Positions 59,908 through 64,000 of a stretch of 64,000 nucleotides of DNA are shown piece after piece. Numbering within the stretch: position 1 is the stretch's first letter; every line of letters begins with the position of its first letter. The notes under the pieces were generated by a model. It did not search any database. It was not told the origin of the DNA and was given only the letters and a program-made list of their open reading frames with translations. This stretch comes from Acidimicrobiales bacterium (GTDB taxonomy: Bacteria > Actinomycetota > Acidimicrobiia > Acidimicrobiales > Bog-793): positions 32,967 through 96,966 of the forward strand of contig JBEKYM010000003.1 in assembly GCA_049510975.1 (NCBI GenBank), written 5' to 3'. The position numbers and the translations under genes are program-made.

Positions 59908-60000
59908 GCCCCCAGGCTCTCACGCTGGAGGAAGGGCCGCGGCAGCGCGGGGATAAGGTGAAACGCCGTCAGCACAACGACCTCAACCAAGGAGTCGGCC

Positions 60001-60435
60001 ATGTACCTCCGCCCTGGCAGCCCGGGCTCACGCCTGCTCGCAATCGTCGACCGCATCTCCCCGCCCCGTGCGGCACACGCGCACTGCGACTTGCCGTGCG
60101 GCGTCTACGACCCGGCGCAGGCCCGGATCGAGGCGGACTCGGTGAAGGCGTGCATGGAGAAGTTCAACGCCTCCGACGACTCGGTCTTCAAGGAGCGGGC
60201 CGTGCTCATCAAGGAGGAGCGCGCCGACCTCGTCAAGCATCACCTCTGGGTGCTGTGGACCGACTACTTCAAGCCCGAGCACCTCGAGAAGCACCCGCAG
60301 CTGCACGACATCTTCTGGAAGGCGACGAAGGCCGCCGGCGAGGCCAAGAAGACGAACGACACCGCCGTGGCCGACCGCTTGCTCGCGAACATCGCCGAGA
60401 TCGACACGATCTTCTGGGAGACGAAGAAGGCCTGA
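60001..60435 (+). CDS. sodN: Nickel-containing superoxide dismutase precursor
   Basis: 144 aa. Ni-hook HCDLPCGVYDP after a 27-aa leader. AAGGAG lies 6 nt upstream of the ATG. Confidence 0.93.
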   Translation: MYLRPGSPGSRLLAIVDRISPPRAAHAHCDLPCGVYDPAQARIEADSVKACMEKFNASDDSVFKERAVLIKEERADLVKHHLWVLWTDYFKPEHLEKHPQLHDIFWKATKAAGEAKKTNDTAVADRLLANIAEIDTIFWETKKA

Positions 60436-60459
60436 GCACCACCGACCGGCCCCGCCCGG

Positions 60460-60696
60460 TCAGCCGCCCGAGACCGGAGGGAGCACGGCGAGCTCGTCGG
60501 TCGGGCGGATCTGGCCGGCGGGCTCGGCGCGCTCGCCGTTCACCCAGATCGTGCTCGTGGCGATGACCTCGCCGAGCCCGGCGCCGAAGCGGCACACGGC
60601 CGCCTCGAGCACGCCGGCAACGGTGTCACCCTCGACGTCGGCTTCCCTACAGCCGGCGGCGTCACGTGCCTGCGCGAAGAAGCGCACCCTCGCCAC
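60460..60696 (-). CDS. MoaD/ThiS-family ubiquitin-like sulfur-carrier protein
   Basis: 78 aa ending in …LAVLPPVSGG. Beta-grasp-like pattern MARVRFFAQARDAAG…. Confidence 0.8.
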   Translation of the reverse strand: MARVRFFAQARDAAGCREADVEGDTVAGVLEAAVCRFGAGLGEVIATSTIWVNGERAEPAGQIRPTDELAVLPPVSGG

Positions 60697-60903
60697 TCAC
60701 CCGCCTCCCGACGCCGCCCGGGCGCAGCTGGCGCACCAGCGGGCGGCCGGCTCGGTCGCCAGGCGCTCGTCCTCGATGGCGCGGCCGCAGGAATCGCAGC
60801 GGGCGTAGGTGCCGTCGTCGAGCCGCCGGAGGGCGGCGTCGATGACTTCGAGGCGCGCCTCGATGCTCGCCAATTCGGCCGACTCGTCGCTGGGTTCGCT
60901 CAC
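60697..60903 (-). CDS. TraR/DksA-family C4 zinc-finger protein
   Basis: 68 aa. …LDDGTYARCDSCGRAIEDERLATEPAARWCASCA… (CxxC-N17-CxxC). Its stop directly abuts the start of the MoaD-like gene. Confidence 0.8.
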   Translation of the reverse strand: MSEPSDESAELASIEARLEVIDAALRRLDDGTYARCDSCGRAIEDERLATEPAARWCASCARAASGGG

Positions 60904-60994
60904 GAGCAGCGACAGTAGCGGGCGGCCCGGCTGCGCTCTTCGCAGCGTGGCAGCCGCCGACTTTCCGACCGTGGTCTCGCCGCGCCGGCATCGC

Positions 60995-61023
60995 TTGCGT
61001 TAAACCCGCAATGCGAATATCTT
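60995..61023 (+). promoter_or_regulatory. Candidate sigma-70-type promoter for the G1 peptidase gene
   Basis: TTGCGT (60995..61000) -17 nt- TATCTT (61018..61023) in a locally AT-richer stretch, about 50 nt upstream of the TTG start and its AAGGGGGA SD. Confidence 0.4.
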
Positions 61024-61071
61024 GTGGCGTTGGCCGGCGGTGGGTCGGTCATTCCAGCAAGGGGGAATACA

Positions 61072-62001
61072 TTGAAGCATCCACTCCGGCGGATCATTGC
61101 CGTCGGTTCAGCTGCTGCGATCGCCGCCATGGTGATCGTGCCGCTGGCCAGCACTTCAGCAGTCGCCGCTTCGGCCAAGCCGGCCGTTCGGCACACGTTC
61201 AACAACGCCGTTGCCGTGAAGTTCCTGAAGAGCATGGACAAGATGCGTCTTGCCCACGGCACCCTTGGGAAGTCTGAGCTGAAGATCAAGGGCCAGACGG
61301 GCTTCGGCAGCTACAACTGGTCGGGTTACGCTGAGGCAGCCACGCCGAGCGACACCTTCCCGGACACCTACTCCAAGGTGAGCGCCACCTGGAAAGAGCC
61401 GGACATCGTGTGCGACGCGAGCGACAGCTACTACCAGATCGCCGCCTTCTGGGTCGGCCTCGACGGCTTCGACAGCGGCACGGTCGAGCAGGACGGGACG
61501 ATCGAGGAGTGCTACCAGGGTGAGTACCTGGGAGCAGCCGACTGGTGGGAGATGTACCCGTACAACGCCGTTGACATCATCGACGGTATCTCAACTGGTC
61601 AGTCGATCCACTCCTCGGTGTCGTACAACGCCAGCAATGGCAAGTACACGCTCGCCGTGAAGGTCGCCCACGACCCGGGCGAGAGCTTCTCGGTGAAGGA
61701 GTCGTGCGTGGTTCTCGAGGGATCGCCCTGCGCCAACTCGAGCGCCGAGTGGATCGGTGAGGCTCCGTGCTGCAACGGCAGTTACGAGTACGACCTCGCT
61801 GAGTGGGCTCCCTACATCAAGTTCACCGCCGCAAAGGTGACGGGCTCGGCAGGCACGGGCACGATCTCCAGCTACGACGGTGGCGGTGTCGAGGACTTCC
61901 TCGAGATGTTCGGTGACCAGAGCGGCAACCCGATCGCCGATGTCACAGCGACGAACGGTCCAGGTACTTCGTTCAAGGACTACTGGTTCGGCCTCAACTA
62001 A
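61072..62001 (+). CDS. Secreted glutamic peptidase, G1/eqolisin family (Peptidase_A4)
   Basis: Start set to TTG 61072 (SD AAGGGGGA), giving a Sec-type signal (M)KHPLRRIIAVGSAAAIAAMVIVPLASTSAVAASA. Family motifs are YNWSGY, AAFWVGLDG, VEQDG (catalytic Gln position), DWWEMYP and SAEWIGEAP (catalytic Glu position). Confidence 0.8.
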   Translation: MKHPLRRIIAVGSAAAIAAMVIVPLASTSAVAASAKPAVRHTFNNAVAVKFLKSMDKMRLAHGTLGKSELKIKGQTGFGSYNWSGYAEAATPSDTFPDTYSKVSATWKEPDIVCDASDSYYQIAAFWVGLDGFDSGTVEQDGTIEECYQGEYLGAADWWEMYPYNAVDIIDGISTGQSIHSSVSYNASNGKYTLAVKVAHDPGESFSVKESCVVLEGSPCANSSAEWIGEAPCCNGSYEYDLAEWAPYIKFTAAKVTGSAGTGTISSYDGGGVEDFLEMFGDQSGNPIADVTATNGPGTSFKDYWFGLN

Positions 62002-62044
62002 CCAGTAGCCCTCCGGGAGGCTCGTCCTCCTGGTAACGCCACAA

Positions 62045-62081
62045 CCGGCCGCTCCTCTGCATGAAGCAGGGGGGCGGCCGG
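62045..62081 (+). terminator. Strong GC hairpin downstream of the G1 peptidase gene (no U-tract)
   Basis: CCGGCCGCTCCTCTGC-ATGAA-GCAGGGGGGCGGCCGG forms a ~16-bp stem if two G:U pairs are allowed. Confidence 0.45.
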
Positions 62082-62179
62082 TGGCGCGTGCGGGGCGCCG
62101 GCCGGGCTCGACCTGCGCTCCGGGCTCGCTCCGGTCGGCGAGAACCTGTCAGCTCACGGCCCCGAATCGCACTAGAACG

Positions 62180-63556
62180 GTGGGCGTGACGATCGCAACC
62201 ATCAACCCAGCCACGGGCGAGACGGTGAAGACCTTCGACGCCCACACCGACGCCGAGATCGAGGAGCGCCTCGCCCTCGCCGACGAGACGTTCGGGTCCT
62301 GGCGCCGTACGACCTTTGCCGAGCGGGCCGCCCTCGTGAACCGCCTCGCCGACGTCCTCGAGGCCGAGACCGACGAGCTCGCCCGCACGATGACCATCGA
62401 GATGGGAAAGCCGCTCTCCCAGGCGAAGGGCGAGGTGGGCAAATGCGTCGGGGGGTTTCGGTACTTCGCTACGCACGCCGAGGCGATGCTCGCCGACGAA
62501 GCCGTCCCCGGCACCGCCGCCAAGCGCCGCTCGTTCGTCACCTACCAGCCGCTCGGGACCGTGCTGGCCGTCATGCCCTGGAACTACCCGCTCTGGCAGG
62601 TCGTGCGTTTCATGGCGCCGGCCCTCATGCTCGGCAACACGGGCCTGCTGAAGCACGCCTCCAACGTGCCCCAGACGGCGCTCTTCCTGGAGGAGGCCTG
62701 CGACCGGGCCGGCATCCCGAAGGGGGTCTTCCAGACGCTGCTCATCGGTTCGGACAAAGTCGAGGGCCTACTGCGCGACCGGCGCGTGAAGGCCGTCACG
62801 CTCACCGGCAGCGAGGGCGCCGGCCGCTCCGTCGCCTCCATCGCCGCCAGCGAGATCAAGAAGTCCGTCCTCGAGCTCGGCGGCTCCGACCCGTTCATCG
62901 TGATGCCGTCGGCCGATCTCGGCCGTGCCGTCGAGGTCGGCCTCAAGGCTCGCGTGCAGAACAACGGGCAGTCCTGCATCGCCGCCAAGCGTTTCATCCT
63001 GCACGAGGAGATCGCCACCGAGTACGAGGAGCGCTACGCGGCTGCCATGGCCAAGCTCGTGGTCGGCGACCCCCTCGACGACGCCACCGACGTCGGCCCA
63101 CTGGCGACCCCGAGCGGCCGTGACGAAGTCGCCGAACAAGTGGAGGACGCCCTTTCCAAGGGTGCCCGCCTGCTGTGCGGGGGCGAGCGAATCGACGGGC
63201 CGGGCTGGTACTACCCGCCGACGGCGGTCGCCGACCTCACCCCTGACATGCGCATGTACCGCGAGGAGGTCTTCGGTCCCGTGGCGGCCATGTTCACGGT
63301 CGGCTCGATCGACGAGGCGATCGCCCTCGCCAACGACAGCGACTTCGGCCTCGGCTCCAACGCCTGGACGGAGGACCCCGCCGAGCAGCAGCAGTTCATC
63401 GAGGAGCTCGAAGCCGGCATGGTCTTCGTCAACTGGATGACCACCTCGTACTACGACCTCCCCTTCGGCGGCATCAAGCGCTCCGGTTTCGGCCGCGAGC
63501 TCTCCGACCCCGGCATCAAGGAGTTCGCCAATACCAAGACCGTCTGGGTCGACTGA
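62180..63556 (+). CDS. NAD(P)-dependent aldehyde dehydrogenase, succinate-semialdehyde dehydrogenase-like
   Basis: …[27 protein letters not shown]…[10 protein letters not shown]…[12 protein letters not shown]…[11 protein letters not shown]…[13 protein letters not shown]… Start is GTG 62180 or GTG 62186; the track ORF starts at 62081. Confidence 0.88.
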   Translation: MGVTIATINPATGETVKTFDAHTDAEIEERLALADETFGSWRRTTFAERAALVNRLADVLEAETDELARTMTIEMGKPLSQAKGEVGKCVGGFRYFATHAEAMLADEAVPGTAAKRRSFVTYQPLGTVLAVMPWNYPLWQVVRFMAPALMLGNTGLLKHASNVPQTALFLEEACDRAGIPKGVFQTLLIGSDKVEGLLRDRRVKAVTLTGSEGAGRSVASIAASEIKKSVLELGGSDPFIVMPSADLGRAVEVGLKARVQNNGQSCIAAKRFILHEEIATEYEERYAAAMAKLVVGDPLDDATDVGPLATPSGRDEVAEQVEDALSKGARLLCGGERIDGPGWYYPPTAVADLTPDMRMYREEVFGPVAAMFTVGSIDEAIALANDSDFGLGSNAWTEDPAEQQQFIEELEAGMVFVNWMTTSYYDLPFGGIKRSGFGRELSDPGIKEFANTKTVWVD

Positions 63557-63562
63557 CCCGCC

Positions 63563-63850
63563 TCAGTCGTCCTCCAGCCAACGCCGGCTGCGGGAGACGA
63601 CTTCGGCCCCGGAGGCGGACCACACGAGGCGCTCGACGGCATCGAGGGTCTCGGTGACGACGTGCCCGGCAGAAGCGACGGCGGCCACCTCGAGCAGGGC
63701 CCGCTGGTGGAGGTCCTGGAAGCCCACCTCGGAGATGGCGACCCGGTAGCGGTTGCGGGCCGTGTCGAGGATGGGGCGGATGGTGGCGCGTTTCTCCTTC
63801 AGCGAGCGCGCCGCCGGGATGTGAAGCTCCACGAGAAGGACGCCGACCAC
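63563..63850 (-). CDS. DUF503 (YlxP-like) protein
   Basis: 95 aa. MVGVLLVELHIPAARSLKEKRATIRPILDTARNRYRVAISEVGFQDLHQRALLEVAAV… is a typical DUF503 pattern. Confidence 0.8.
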   Translation of the reverse strand: MVGVLLVELHIPAARSLKEKRATIRPILDTARNRYRVAISEVGFQDLHQRALLEVAAVASAGHVVTETLDAVERLVWSASGAEVVSRSRRWLEDD

Positions 63851-63876
63851 GACCGAGCACCGTAGGCTCGCCGGCC

Positions 63877-64000
63877 GTGCACGTCGAACGCGGCCCCGAG
63901 ATCCGCACCGAGCGGCTCCTGCTCCGGCGCTGGCGCCCGGAGGACCTGGCGCCCTTCGCCGACCTGAACGCCGACCCGGTCGTCATGGAGTTCTTCCCGA
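63877..64000 (+). CDS. GNAT N-acetyltransferase (RimJ/RimL-like), 5' part only
   Basis: Hand translation from GTG 63877: VHVERGPEIRTERLLLRRWRPEDLAPFADLNADPVVMEFFP… is a typical N-terminus of this GNAT subgroup. Truncated by the window edge. Confidence 0.6.
   Translation, partial: MHVERGPEIRTERLLLRRWRPEDLAPFADLNADPVVMEFFP

Overview
This is a high-GC segment (roughly 70% from hand counts of a few sample lines) of an Actinomycetota-type chromosome. It is almost entirely housekeeping and mostly transcribed on the minus strand.

Gene order by coordinate:
- rpoC (partial), rpoB, rplL-rplJ, rplA-rplK, nusG, two tandem secE copies, tRNA-Trp
- an ECF sigma / zinc anti-sigma pair, rpmG, tRNA-Met, tRNA-Thr
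- a small envelope/metabolic block: PAT-type GNAT, crotonase, two GT-C-like polytopic membrane proteins, cupin
- tRNA-Tyr, yajQ, acs, and a large membrane protein with a DUF2156/MprF-type C-terminal domain
- the complete nuoA-N operon (26.8-42.9 kb)
- an APC permease, a geranylgeranyl-reductase-family flavoprotein, and a 5'-truncated DUF559 remnant
- hemL, hemB, cobA/hemD, hemC, hemA, rex, and an acyl-CoA ligase
- Xis-type HTH, proC, mshA, XRE regulator, RsiG-like protein
- sodX/sodN (Ni-SOD), a MoaD-like protein plus a TraR/DksA zinc finger, a secreted G1 (eqolisin) peptidase, an aldehyde dehydrogenase, DUF503, and a partial GNAT

mshA, Ni-SOD and the rex-hemACD arrangement point to Actinomycetota. 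The class cannot be determined from this window.

I see no CRISPR array, transposase, integrase or recognisable defence island, and no multi-gene cluster of unknowns. The signals worth a second look are individual oddities:
- a tandem secE duplication
- a ribosomal protein L10 with a ~180-aa acidic tail, plus similar low-complexity extensions on NusG and many Nuo subunits
- a DUF2156 (aminoacyl-PG synthase-like) protein fused to a degenerate, TM-interrupted metallophosphoesterase-like domain
- an RsiG-like protein carrying the c-di-GMP-binding signature
- a perfect AT-rich 23-bp palindrome next to the DUF559 remnant
- two intergenic repeat families
- a lower-GC bacterial G1 glutamic peptidase with its own promoter and terminator

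Caveats: the ORF track writes M for GTG/TTG starts and lists the longest ORFs. Many long track ORFs are antisense or alternate-frame artefacts of high GC. Several starts were trimmed by hand using neighbouring stops, ATGA/GTGA overlaps and SD-like motifs. The tRNAs and sub-60-aa genes were also found by hand, so all of these coordinates need software confirmation.
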